From the NCBI GenBank assembly GCA_964016885.1, contig OZ024743.1, forward strand, positions 120,776,001 through 120,840,000: a stretch of 64,000 nucleotides of DNA, written 5' to 3'. The notes beneath the pieces are model-generated. The model saw only the letters and a program-made list of their open reading frames with translations. It was not told where the DNA came from and did no database searches. How positions within the stretch are numbered: position 1 is the first letter of the stretch; each line of letters opens with the position of its first letter. Of the stretch, positions 43,533 to 59,016 are shown one piece after another. A program made the position numbers and the translations under genes. This DNA comes from Eledone cirrhosa. Lineage: Eukaryota.

Positions 43533-44550
43533 ATATATTAATACACGTGAGAAATAAAAAGGATATAAATTAACAACTGTCTTGTTATAGTTTTATATGC
43601 ATTTTAGAATAACATTATTCCAGGTTGTTCATTAACACCAAACATTAAAACCCACGTTTTGACGCTGAATACACAACATGATTTGTAACATTAGATTAAC
43701 AACCGTATCATAAGGCATGTTGTGTAATACATTCATGGTAATATGCAACTCAAACATTTCAATTTGAATTTACAATTTTGGATCATTCAGCAGTATGCAG
43801 AGTAAAAGCGGGTCTCTATCATATATAGGCATAGATCCATAAAGAATATTTACGCACACCACAGTATATATTAGTGTATATTAGTCTATATTAGTGTATA
43901 TTAGTGAGAATTCTTATCGTTCTTTGTCCAAAGAAAGCCACTATGAACCGCTATTTAGCCACTTTAATTTGCAGAATATACTTTCCGCGGTGATGTACAG
44001 AGAAAAGCCAAGACACTATCTATAAATGTTTCACTGCGAATTTGCCGTTAATCAGTAGACAAGTACACATATTCTTTCCTACACAAAGAAGGCTATAGTC
44101 TAACGCTATTTAAATCAAACATAAAATAGGAGTTGCCTGAATTGTAAACTGGACAGTTGCTTGCGGCGTAATCTATTAAAAAGGGATTAATTATTGTCAA
44201 ATTATTTATAAAAAGCACAATCTATGAGGTTAATATAGTGGTGCGGTTCATTTGCATGATGTGTCATCGAATATACTATATTTAAATAAATAGTAAAAAT
44301 TCATGCACAAAATAACGCACATGGGATGAAACCGTTCATAAACCTGAACTATATAGTGAGTATCCGTTTATAAGAAGCACAAACACACACACATACATGC
44401 ATACATACATGCATAAATGTGTGTGTATATAAATATAGTGGTATCTCTAGCAATAGAATATAACATGGTAATATGTACCCTAATTTTTTAAAGGGAAGTT
44501 TGACGGGACTAGATACACAAACATTAATTTACTTCATATATATATTATTT

Positions 44551-44622
<72 letters not shown>

Positions 44623-44623
<1 letters not shown>

Positions 44624-44880
44624 TGAAGTCAAGGTCGTCCCGATTGTCATAGGCGCACTAGATAGTATCTCAAAGAGTTTCCAAGGATGGTTAAAGAAGA
44701 TTAGTCCAGACCAGCTTTTTGGAACACTTCAAACGGCATGCTTGCTGGGAACAGCATCAACCGTCCGATACGTCCTGAATATCTGAGGCTGCAGGTAGCG
44801 GCTTGATATTCATTTCAACAAACTTTCCAGTTAAATAACATCAATGACTGAGACTCAAAGAACAATAATAATAATAATAA
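44623..44880 (+). mobile_element. Dong/R4 LINE 3' end with 3'UTR and (TAA)n tail, inserted in (TAA)n
   Basis: EVKVVPIVIGALDSISK..LQTACLLGTASTVRYVLNI* (stop 44784-44786), UTR, then (aat)n. Preceded by a long (TAA)n tract. Confidence 0.85.
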
Positions 44881-45160
44881 AGGTGCTATGGGTTTTTAGG
44901 ATACAGACGGTCAAGAAATTAGAACACAATAGGCGGTTTTGGACCAGGAAAAAAGATCGTGCCTGATTGTAGATGTAGCCTACCCATTTTACACGAGAGT
45001 GCAAGAAAAGGAGAGAGAGGGAGAAAATTAACCGATACCAGGACTTAAAGTGGGTATTAAAAAGGATTTGGAACTGCCATGAAATCTGCTTGATATTCAT
45101 TTCAACAAACTTTCCAGTTCAATAACATCGATGACTGAGACTCAAAGAACAGTAATAATA
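44881..45160 (+). mobile_element. Second Dong/R4 3' fragment (RLE region joined to 3'UTR)
   Basis: KVLWVFRIQT..LEHNR, DVAYPF and RYQDLKW.LKRIWNC, then the same UTR as 44801-44865 at 45088-45152. Confidence 0.8.
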
Positions 45161-45632
45161 ATATCAATAATATGCATATATATATATGTGTGTATATATA
45201 TCTATGCATATATATAATTTGTACACACGCGCACACAGACACACACGCATGTATATAAAGATATATATATTTATATATTTATATATATATGTATATATAT
45301 AGATAGATATATGTATAAAGCCAACGGCATAGTAGAATGGAGCAATATATTAATTTAACGCTTGAGATAAGAGGAAAGGCGTCTTTGCGTTTCAGACACA
45401 CTCTTTAGCTGTCGTCCAGGGATCACTAAGGTCTTACAACATCCAACTGTCGCAATTATCTCGACTTCACCTTATTGTCTGCAGAATGCTCGATGATAAA
45501 GACATGTTCTCGGAGTAGCAATACCCGAATAAAATATGTTAAGGCGGATAACTATATATAATATAGTGGGTATACACACACGTGCTTACACAACGTGCAC
45601 ACACACACACACACGAATACACACACACACGA

Positions 45633-45671
<39 letters not shown>

Positions 45672-45869
45672 TGTTTGTTTATATATATAAATATACAAAC
45701 GTATAATGTATGTGCTGAGATCGGAGAGACCACAAATGATGCGGAGTGTGTATAGAAATAATTAAAATTACGACCGCGGCGTCAGGAGATTTCGGCTTGT
45801 GTGTTCAGCATGGCTTGTTGAACACTTTATCTCACGCTGCATCATTGCGGTTGAGAATCTCTCTCTCTC

Positions 45870-45989
<120 letters not shown>

Positions 45990-46128
45990 TAATACAACTG
46001 GCTATCCGCAAAATACGTATAGTTAGTACCCCAAACCAATTGGGATTATACTAAGGTATATCCTAATATTTGTTGAGTGAGACGGAAGCCGGTCGAAGTA
46101 TTGCTTAAAGCTTTCTCTGTTAATGTAT

Positions 46129-46161
<33 letters not shown>

Positions 46162-46166
<5 letters not shown>

Positions 46167-47183
46167 AACGAGTGGGATCCCGACGGCTGAGCTGAAGCCG
46201 TTTCGACGGCTAATTCTGGACTAAATGAAAATTTTTTATCCTGGTAAATGAATAGCCGAGCTTCTCAGAGGGTAATATTCCATATATGGTAAAAGTGCTT
46301 GTCACAAGGATTGGTCAAAAGTTTGTTGTTGAGACACATAATTCTATCATGGCATTTTGTGGAAGGAAGGGGTAGCTGAACTTGCCAGTAGAAGAAAGAG
46401 GGAGAGGGAGTGGAGGAAACCCAGTCGTGCGTTGAAAGTGACGGCTACAGCAGAATCCTAAGGATAAGAGGTCAAGAGGGGGGGGGGGAGGAAGTCGAAA
46501 CAATAAGTAAATCTATATGGAGTAACTCTATATAGAAAAATAAGAATGTTAAAAATATAAAAGAAAACACACAATTTCTGGTTACTATTCCCCTACCACA
46601 TTCATCAAATCTCTCACTAAACTATAGAAAAGTTTAATTGGTGGGGCGGGATACTAAATACCAGATTGTAGTGAAAGAATTTTATGAGTTAGTAGTACTC
46701 GGCCTAATCTATCTTACAATGACAGGTCAACAAGTAGGGGGCCAAAATACTAAAAAAAAAAACAACCTAATACGAAATAATAATTCAGAGTCCCGAAACT
46801 AATACGAAATATTAATTCAGATCCCGAAAATGAATACTAATACGATATATAAGAGTGCCGCTACAATACATAAATTCTAATGCAAACTACATAAATGCTC
46901 GTACGATATATAAGAAAAATTAATACGAAAAATGAATTCAGAATCTCCCCCCCCCCCCTCCCCAAAGCACCACTTTTACCATATATGGAATATTACCCCC
47001 TGAGAAGCTCGGCTATTCATTTACCAGGATAAACATTTTCATTTAGTCCAGAATTAGCCGTCGAAACGGCTTGAGCTCAGCCGTCGGGGTCCCACTCGTT
47101 CCTATTACCCACTCTACTACCCTAAGTATTGAGTACTTTGGTGCGTTATGGTCCATCTGGTTCTGTACCACATTTCCTTCGTT
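46162..47183 (+). mobile_element. Longest family A element: inverted arms 46162-46297/46971-47105, ~670-nt spacer, 78-nt extension, in (TA)n
   Basis: Arms are reverse complements including a complete hammerhead fold. Extension 47106-47183 is shared with the other family A copies. Confidence 0.9.
46995..47090 (+). ncRNA. Type I hammerhead ribozyme with variant core (mirror copy on - strand at 46177-46273)
   Basis: Stem I acccc/ggggt; core CTGAGAA 47000-47006 (A at position 8); stem II g..cggctattc/gaattagccgtc; GAAA 47063-47066; stem III acggct/agccgt; GTC cleavage triplet ending C47085. Confidence 0.7.
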
Positions 47184-47202
47184 ATATATATATATATATA
47201 AT

Positions 47203-47640
47203 AGGGTATAAGAATCGTATGAGAGTAGGAGATAGAGAGATACGGAGAAGTGCGTTACAGATTACTAAATGCCAATAACCGAAGCGGAGTGTGCTCAATG
47301 CTTGGGTTAGCAGATTGTTCAAGCAGAGCAGGAATAAGCAAATGAATGAATGAAGGAGTTACAAGCCGTTAAAACAAGTTCTTTATATAAATCTTACGTA
47401 ATGTTTCGCCCACACGGGCTCCTCAAAGAAATAATTGTTTATATAATGTCATCAATAAGTATAAATACAGTTAAGAATCTTTCCTTTAGATTAACGTCTC
47501 CTTGTATGATGCGAAAAAATAATAACGGTTGATGACATTATATAAACAATTATTTCTCCGAGGAGCCCGTGTGGGCGAGATATTATGTAAGATATAAAGA
47601 ACTTGTTTTAACGGCTTGTAACATTCATTTATTTGCTTAT
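47203..47640 (-). mobile_element. Family C fold-back element with hammerhead in each arm
   Basis: Arms 47334-47455/47529-47640 and extension 47203-47333. The two arms give the consensus tct-CTGAGGA-gccc-gtgt-gggc-GAAA-cattacgt-A-aga (47392-47429 on -, 47555-47592 on +), each with core substitutions. Confidence 0.8.
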
Positions 47641-47673
<33 letters not shown>

Positions 47674-47822
47674 CGAAATGGGCTGTATCTGTAATTGAAG
47701 AAGACTCTCTTTAACGCTTGTTTCATCATTATATGAGATATATATATAGGGAAAATTATAGTATATCATAATCGAAATTGCTGGAGCTTTACCGTAGGTT
47801 AGATACACACAAACACACACAC

Positions 47823-47907
<85 letters not shown>

Positions 47908-47930
47908 TCATTCATCAGTTTTATAACGTG

Positions 47931-48016
47931 TAATAATTGTTTCTACTTTTTGGCACAAGGCCAGCAATTACCCAGTACATTACTGATGCTTTATTTTATC
48001 GACCCCGTAAGGATGA
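47931..48016 (-). mobile_element. Meta-core SINE 3' half
   Basis: Reverse complement of the core and tail. Confidence 0.85.
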
Positions 48017-48152
48017 TTCGTTTTTGTTTGCAAGTAAACAGCCTCAATACGCTCTGTGTTTTAAACGATTATCTAAAATATACATCGGTTGATTAACCTA
48101 ATTTGCATACCGCTGGCTTTGCTCTAACATAGCGGATATACCCCCCCCCCCC

Positions 48153-48189
<37 letters not shown>

Positions 48190-48253
48190 AATATAAATTG
48201 GCGAGAATCGAATTTCAGCTCAGGAATTAAGGAAAAACACTTCCGAGTTGTGT

Positions 48254-48301
<48 letters not shown>

Positions 48302-48305
<4 letters not shown>

Positions 48306-48488
48306 AACGAGTAGGACCCCGACGGCTGAGCTCAAGCCGTTTCGACGGCTAATTCTGGAATTAGCCGTCGAAACGGCTTGAGGTCAGCCGTCGGGGTCCT
48401 ACTCGTTCCTAGTACCCACTCTACTACCCTGAGTATTGAGTACTTTGGTGCGTTATGGTCCACCTGGTTCCTTACCACATTACCTTCG

Positions 48489-48490
<2 letters not shown>
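48302..48490 (+). mobile_element. Family A fold-back element in (TA)n
   Basis: Arms 48302-48355/48358-48411 (loop tg); extension 48412-48490 with the ACTC..GAGT hairpin at 48418-48441. Confidence 0.9.
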
Positions 48491-48524
<34 letters not shown>

Positions 48525-48529
<5 letters not shown>

Positions 48530-48889
48530 TTCCGAGGTTTTTGATATGAAATCGTGTGTCGAAACAAATATTGTTATACTTGGGGAGGGTCATATTGTTG
48601 TAATAATTTTGCCATAAATAATAACAGAACACACTCGCTGTTTGGTTGGTATTCGCCTCTGTATCTTTTATATCTCCACAGTTAATTCATTTGGTCCTCA
48701 ATGTTTATCATTGACTGACCAACGGTCAAAAATACAGATATATTATAGATATAAACGCAACACATATATATATATATATATAGTTCTCTCGTTGCACATC
48801 TGCAACATCATTAGTGGTACGATTATGTTCGTCCTGTTATTATTTCTGGCAATATTATTACAACAATATGACCCTCCCCAAGTATGACA

Positions 48890-48893
<4 letters not shown>
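48525..48893. mobile_element. Two oppositely oriented TA-flanked inserts of another PLE-terminus-like family
   Basis: 48569-48627 is mirrored at 48834-48892. GAAACAAATATTGT(T/C) resembles hammerhead stem III plus cleavage site; the upstream core is decayed (tccgagg). Confidence 0.5.
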
Positions 48894-48919
<26 letters not shown>

Positions 48920-48922
<3 letters not shown>

Positions 48923-49108
48923 TGTTTCTACTATTGGCACAAGGCCAGAAATTACCCAGTACATTACTGGTACTTTATTTTATCGACCCCGTAAGGATGA
49001 AAGGCAAAGTTAACCTCGGCGGGATTTGAACTCAGAATGGTAAGGGCCGTAACTCTATGCGTCAAAGCATGGCGTCCGACCCTCTACCGATACTGCCAAT
49101 CCACCGCC
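48920..49108 (-). mobile_element. Full-length Meta-core tRNA SINE inserted in (TA)n
   Basis: Complete reverse-complement copy. Confidence 0.92.
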
Positions 49109-49189
49109 CTTATATATATATATAATGTATCTAATATATGTACATACATATATTTATGTACATACATATAGATGTATATTGGTGATTGC

Positions 49190-49685
49190 TTCATCTTTGC
49201 AGATGATTGCCGTCTCCCTATGCACCCCTATCAATCGCCACCAACTGTAAACGTCCGTTCATGGCCGCTTATGTGGCTTTTAAATCTAGTATTATATTTG
49301 CATGGTCTGCAGCAGATGTGACAGACAATTGATGTGCCCTCTATTGAATTGATTTGGTCTGTTTGTGGGATGTCAACCTTATGTACCCTCATAAGCCTTT
49401 TAAGACAAGAGATTGATTTGCAGATGTTTCTGAAACCTACACATGTTGTCTCACCTAGCATTGAAGGGATAGAGCTGCATACAGTTGGCTTTTTATGTGA
49501 TTTTAAATTAGAGTTATACCCAGATTTAGAGAGCAGTAAACGACCACATAACTCACAAATCCAGCTCCCTCTGTTCTTATTGAGGTCATACTGTGGCCTT
49601 TTCGAAGCTGACGTACAAGTCTTTCATGGTCAAGACGTCTCTCTTCAAACATTCTGCAGCCTTCCTTCACATGTCCTCTTCATAA
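49190..49685 (-). mobile_element. RTE-like LINE 3' end with C2H2-like motifs
   Basis: ORF 49231..49461 has CHICCRPCKYNTRFKSHISGH and ICKSISCLKRLMRVH, resembling the terminal zinc-finger-like motifs of RTE/BovB-type LINEs. Confidence 0.55.
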
Positions 49686-49694
49686 TGTATATTA

Positions 49695-49754
<60 letters not shown>

Positions 49755-49755
49755 T

Positions 49756-49903
49756 AACGAAGGAAATGTGGTAAGGAACCAGGTGGACCATAACGCACCA
49801 AAGTACTCAATACTTGGGGTAATAGAGTGGGTAATAGGAACCAGTAAGACCCCGAATTAGCCGTCGAAACGGCTTGAGCTCAGCCGTCGGGGTCTTACTG
49901 GTT

Positions 49904-49908
<5 letters not shown>
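49756..49908 (-). mobile_element. Family A element with partly deleted fold-back, in (TA)n
   Basis: Extension 49756-49833. Arms 49834-49855/49887-49908 share the private variant ccagtaagac. Confidence 0.88.
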
Positions 49909-49951
<43 letters not shown>

Positions 49952-50329
49952 GGTGTGTGTGTGTGTGTAATATAGACATTAGCTTCCCTATGATTTTTGT
50001 ATGTCCGCAGGAACAGCCATATAACTTTTGATTGACACATTGTGCACTCAAGACACAAACTCCTGATACCTGAAATTTGAAACTCACTCATGCATATTAT
50101 ATGTCCTTGTTGCTTGTGGAGGTTTCCTTCTCGATGCTCATTTGATAATTTGAATGCGTCTCCTAAGTTTCACCGTTATCCATTGGAAGCACTTTGTGGA
50201 TCACTGGATGATGTATGGAATAATGCAATATAATTTAATAATAATTCACTTTCCTAGTGGTGGTGGTGGTGCAATTTTTGTCACAATCTTCAGAAGAGTA
50301 CACCAGATTTCCATTATTAGCGAATGTTA

Positions 50330-50652
50330 GGGCGGTAGATTGGCAGTTTCGAGATAGCGTCAGACAACATGCTTCGCAGCATAGAGTTATCGCCCTTTAC
50401 GTTCTGATTTCAAATGCCGCCGAGGTTAGCTTTGCCTTTCATCCTTACAGGGTCGATAAAATAAAGTACCAGTAATGCCCTGGGGTCGATTTAATCGGCT
50501 CCCTTACCCCCAAATTGCTGGTCTTGTCTATACTAGAAATCATTATTAGGAGGTTGACTTTGCCTTTCATCCTTACGGGGTCGATAAAATAAAGTACCAG
50601 TAATGCACTGGGTAATTGCTGGCCTTGTGCCTAAAGTAGATAAAAATTATTA
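50330..50652 (+). mobile_element. Meta-core SINE (long-tail variant) plus a 5'-truncated SINE within one 16-bp TSD
   Basis: attattagcgaatgtt at 50313-50328 and 50646-50661. The first unit has an extra ggggtcgatttaatcggctc.. segment. Confidence 0.88.
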
Positions 50653-51535
50653 GCGAATGTTTCGAAAATTCTTGCATTTGAAACTTCTGTCCAGTCCTTC
50701 ATGTTAATGCTAATATAAGATTTTTAAATTATCTCTATGCTAATGTTATCGTTATGGGGATGGCAAATATGCTATTTACAAGAAGGTGTCAAATTCCACT
50801 GAAACTCGTTCTTTTCAGGTCAGTAAATAATGGTCAAGGTCAAGGCTTATCAAAATGTCACACATGATCGGCTGTTTGATGCTGTCGGTATAAGTCATAA
50901 TTATTCTAACCTAAAGATATTTGCTTATCAAAGTCACTTTATTGTAGCAAGCGCACGTCACTAGCATCTGACATATACAAATAGGAAATATCGTCTATGC
51001 AGAGATTGAATCTAATAATCTAATGTCTGTTGGTTTCAACAATGAGTATTCTAGTCGTTCAATCAAAGGAACACCCTGCTCATGAAATTTCCGAGTACGT
51101 GAGATTTCCATAGACATATATACCACCAACTTAATTGACAGGGTGATTCGGCGTAACTCAATGTGTGGCAAGGGCAGCAGGCAGCTCTTTGAATTACACG
51201 TACACTCCATCTGGCAGTCTTCCAAACAGTTTTCATCAATAGAGTTTCGCTCACAGGAAATAGGTCTACAAGGGGCTATGATAACTGATTCTTTCACAAG
51301 ATGCCACGCCACAGGATCGAACTCATTGATGTATATAGAATGTAAAATAAAATAAACAGAAAAACATTTCGTTTTATTAAATAGTTATTTTATTTCCAGT
51401 TTGTGTTGATTATCTTTTATATATTTCTTGTATATATAGCATTATTTCGATGAAACAATATAATTTGTTTTATTCGTAAATAACAAGGGATGTACCAGTA
51501 TATATTATACATATACATATACACACGCACAAGCA

Positions 51536-51608
<73 letters not shown>

Positions 51609-53789
51609 CGTGTGTGTGCGTGCGCGTGTGTGTGTGTGTGCGTGCGTGTGTGTCATATACTGGTGTGGTAAAACTGCCACAATTATTAATTATAGAGACT
51701 TAAAGAATGGTATATCCGTTGAACAAGACGGGTGAAAATACTAACACATTTTTCACCCGAAGCTGTCATACTTGGTATTCAAAATTAAATATTATTCTTT
51801 GATCTCATCCAAAAGGCCAGCACCAATGAATCGTAAATGTCAGTATATTCTGCCCGTCAAAAATTATGTCTCACAATGTTATATAATTATAGACACTCGA
51901 GTCGTCTCTTACAACAATTCCACTGGGTCACTGAATGGTTAATCGTAATTATAAAGATTGTGATTGTATATTTATAAAGAGTATTGCACACGTATTTGCA
52001 GGCATTCAAAGTTTATCTCCTTTCTATTATACTAACACGTTGAACAGTAAAGTGTAAAACCGAAACAATCACAACAAAACAGCAAAAATACGATTGGTTT
52101 CTCTTTAGAAACTACTATGTAGCTTAGTTTGTGTATGTGTACTGCTAAAAGAAGATAGCTACATCTAAACACTATGCATATAACGTATACATATATAGAT
52201 AAATATAATAATACATTATATAACAGTATTTCAATCCTACCCCATATAAACACATTGTTATTACCTGTATAGACAAGGATAGAGGCCCAAGTCATATCAT
52301 GAAAAACAACGTAAAAGCAAGCGTCTTACCAATACACACAAAACACCGATCAATTCAAGAATTGAACCTACGTCTGCTGCCTCCCCAATTACGCTTACAT
52401 TTGGCAGGTTATATGTGGGGGAAATATCGTCAATACGTTGATGAACAACAACATTTTATTTTGTAGAAAATTTGACTATAAATTGAAATGTAATTGTAAA
52501 ATTGTTTAATTCGGGTAACAGAAATCACTAAACTATGAGCAGTGAGAAACAAAGGACATTGAAAGGATGGGAGTGATGGAACGCAAGAGAAGTAGCACAA
52601 AGAGAGAGAAGTATACTAGGTGAAAGTAACTAGTGGCAATATTGTGAGAGAAGGAATTGCAAAAGGGGATGCTAAAATGTTCGACATCAGACACTGATGG
52701 AGACTTCTCCATCAGTACGGATTGCGTGCCAAATCTTGGGTTTCCGTTATTGTGTCGCTGTATCTATCATTATAGTTTTGACCATGAAAGACTTCCCTTA
52801 AAAATAAGAATGATTATTCCGTTTACAACCATCCTTTGTCTTAAACAGTTTAAGTACTAATTTAAATCTGTACGATTATAGTCCCATTCATTTATACATG
52901 TTATGCTTATTTGTTCCATGTATGTCTCCGTATTCCATTTTCATCCGCGTATGTTTGTTTTGTCACGAGCATTACTCGTTTTGTAATGTCAAACTAGGTT
53001 TAACATTGTTGACACATTTAGGCGGGTTAATAGGTGAAACTTTGGAGACATCTGATTGATAGATGATTTTGGGAACTCTCTGCATATGTCGTTGTATTTT
53101 CGATCATTGCTTTCTTTTATGTTCAGTTTTACTCTTACTGTACTATGCAAATTCTATATACTTTCCACCCTTATGATTTAATGTTTATATATACATATAT
53201 ATGTGTGTGTGTGTGTATTTAAATATATATATGTACGCGCATACACACACAAGTACGCACATGTGTGTGTACACTATAATATTAGATACTTTCCGTATAT
53301 ATAACTCAAGGATATACCATTAATCGAGATGTTGATTGAGACCAAATTGAAAGTGTTGGAGACTACGACCTATCAGAATATTTATTTAGCAAAAGAATGC
53401 ATTGACTTAAAATCTCAGTACTGTTAATTCACCGACCATATGAGTTGATATTTGGCTACTGGGAAGAAATCTAAATGTAGTTTATGACAGCTTCATATAA
53501 TGTAACACTTAGAAATAGAAACTAGCAAGTCATCATTCAAAACTATTCGGAGATATCAAACACTTCAACAGCGATAAATACCACCTATTCCTCGTTCGTG
53601 AGGACACACTGTAGATGTAAAATAGGTTGTAGGATTCACATTTCTTCGTTTAATCTTCGACATCTACGAATGTTCTACTAATACGTAAGGCCATGACCTA
53701 GCAAGGACAGGGTGTAATGAATAAAACCAGTGAAACAAAAGAATAAATATCGTTCGGACGCTTAATTTAACAACTTTATGCGTCTGTAT

Positions 53790-53844
53790 CTCTACTACTC
53801 CAAGTGCGTTATATTCCACCTGGTATCTTACCACACTCTCTCTG

Positions 53845-53846
<2 letters not shown>
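53790..53846 (+). mobile_element. Family A-related 3' extension remnant ending at (TA)n
   Basis: gtgcgttatattccacctggtatcttaccacactctctctgtt matches the family A/36450 terminus. Confidence 0.65.
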
Positions 53847-53913
<67 letters not shown>

Positions 53914-54071
53914 CTAAGAGACCAACAAATATCGCACACACAAACAGCGGTCTCTATATCCGTACTCACACATACACACCATAGTAAATACACGAATATA
54001 TGCACCCACACAACCACATAAACGCCGTCGTACACACATACACACACACAACAATAACAGGCACACATGAA

Positions 54072-54124
<53 letters not shown>

Positions 54125-54783
54125 GTACTCCAAGAGTCAACTCTTCTTCATTGTCACACATACACACAAACACACACACACGTACACACACACACACACA
54201 TACACACACACCTACACAACCTCTCACACATAATGTATAATACGTCTCTACAATGTATTACCTTATCTTTGTCTACCAGGTAAAAGCTCTTTATACGTTG
54301 GCCCATCACCTATTTTCCTCTCCTTTTTCCCCCTTCTTTCCATTAACAGAATAAAGCCAACATCTAAATTTATATCTTAACCCTCATATTGTTTTCTTGT
54401 TCATTTAAAGTGTATTTTCATTCATTAATAATGATGATAATAATACTATTAAGGATAATAGCATAGCAATACTATTAAGGATAATCAGGAATACTAACAG
54501 CAACAACAACGACAACAATGGTGATGATAACAACAACAACAACAACAACAATAATAATAATAATACCATGTGAAGACATATATGAACATAGCCTCACGAT
54601 AATTGTTATTGATAATTTTAGTGGAAAGATTAAGGATAAAAGCGAAAATATAGACGGATCAATAACATTACTGACACATCGATATCCAGCTATATGCACA
54701 CATAATCAGAAATACATGTATATATACATACATGCACACATACATGCATATATACACACATATCCACACGCGTACACGCACAA

Positions 54784-54816
<33 letters not shown>

Positions 54817-54924
54817 TCCGCCTGTACATACATACATAGATACGCATATAACGTACAGAAAATTGCTTGTAAGGAATCCATTTGCATATGGTTTGTGTAA
54901 TGTAGTACCGACTTGGGAGTGGCC

Positions 54925-55782
<858 letters not shown>

Positions 55783-57815
55783 GGGATGAAGTTTCGTTTA
55801 CCGTTTATATATATATATAACCATTCTGGTTTCAGTCATAAATATATATATTCAAACAACCTTTCTTGAATATACGACTATATTCGCTGTTAATCATTTT
55901 TTTAATATGTTTTTCATACTTTCATACGAGTTCTTTGCTAATAATTTGACACTCTAAAGTTTCTAAACAACTCAGTAAATTTTCGATCAAACACTGCGTT
56001 TTTAAATCACCAAAGAATGAAAATAATCAACGATAGAATTCCAGAAGAATGTGATGAGACGATAAATAGGCAAAGCATCTGTGCTCACAGAAACTATAGA
56101 AAAATATTTTCTACATTGAATGAAAAGATATCGATAAATCAGTAAGAAGAATTTTATTAACAATATATGACCACTTCTTGATAAAACACAGTCTTCTGTT
56201 TCACAGTGAATTAGACACAGCAATATATATAAACTCAGGAAACCCTAAAAACGAAATGTCTCTTTATTTACACAGGAAGATAAAGTTCTCATAAACTACG
56301 ATCTAGACCAAATTACGTTTTTCTTGGTCAACACCAACGCCTACATAACACAGCAATATAATAAAAACAGGACAATTTGAAATCAAACCCATCTACCAAG
56401 ACCATGGTATCTTCAAGATTAAAACTTTATAATCATTGCTGATAAAATTCAAGTCTTATTCAAGCTGAATGTAATAAGAATAGATACTAACACATCAATA
56501 AAAAAAAATCATAAACAGCCTTTTTTATGATTTGAAAACTAACGACATCACAATATGTGAGTTTCACAAAAGTAATATATTCGTAACCATGTATCCAGAC
56601 CAATGTACTCCAAAAAGTAATAATTCAATTAATGACGAAACTAAATTTATAATAATTAAGAAGAATATTTCCACAAAACTAAAGTTTAACTGTTGATTTT
56701 CCTCGTATTCAATGCAGCGCATATTTCACAAAACAAACATTTACTCAGAGCAAACAGCTCCATCCGAATCATAATATCTAAAATAAATACGCCTAGACCA
56801 AATATCATTAAACAATTCGACAGCGACATAAAACGATATACACTGGATACTGTATCTGAGAAATTCCTATATATCTTAGAAGAAACCAATGAAGTAGAAA
56901 ACCCTAGACAGAAAATCTATTTAACATTTTAGAAACAGAGGCAATAAAAACCCCGTTACATAATATGTACAAACAATTTAAGCTTTATATATGATATCAG
57001 TTAACAAACTGTATAGGTTATTATTATAATGCGCAAGAGAAATATACTTTCGTTTTGCAAAAAGCAAATTATATAAGCAAAGAAATGAGGCAGGCGTAGA
57101 TTCTACGTTGTAGCCGATACTCGCGGCGTTCTATAAGAACACAATAGATAACAGAGCACCACAAAGATATAGACATACGGTATGCAACACGTATGTCGTC
57201 GATAGATACGTCGTAATGGACATACGAAAGACAATGGCAATATATAATTGGGGCCTAGAAAACGACTCCGTACTAACATCCAACTCGCCTAGTAATACAA
57301 TGACTCCGTTTCTAAATGTAAACAGTCAGATAGAAAAGCACAGATACATCACGTCCGATTGCAGCAAAACAAATAAATACATATATTCTTACATTGATAT
57401 AGCAAGTATCCATGCATATAAAAACTGCCTGTGGCATTTCTTACTTAGAAGAGAATTTAGATTGTCCTCAACAACGGAACACTGGGTAAAGATGCCCGCA
57501 GGCTAAAACAAAGATAAATCAATAAAGGATATTCAAACAAACTTAAAGACCAAGCGATTGAATACAAAAAGAAATATACTGCAGCCAGAGTAGCTGACAC
57601 AACTCGTATTACAACTCCTATATGAACCATTCGCCTTTAATTCATATAAAACAGAATAGAAAAACATAAGAAAAACATAAAAATCTCGTAAAGCAAAACA
57701 CAAAATGCATTACAACAAACGATAAATCAACACCAATGATGCACACACACACACTCATGCATACACACATAAATACATATACATACATATATATATATAT
57801 ATATGTATGTGTGTG

Positions 57816-58477
<662 letters not shown>

Positions 58478-58593
58478 AAAGAAGTGGATTCCCGATGTAT
58501 ATCAGGAAGTGACCACAGTTAAAAAGCTACTCAATACATTAGTAGATTATAATCATCTTTATTTCATTAGAGAAATGACTTCTAGAGGATTAG

Positions 58594-59016
<423 letters not shown>

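Noticed and set aside
56100-57620. A-rich stretch that may be a plus-strand PLE relic (similar doubt for 21700-23000)
   Set aside because: Only an ADK-like hint; too degenerate to support without a translated search.
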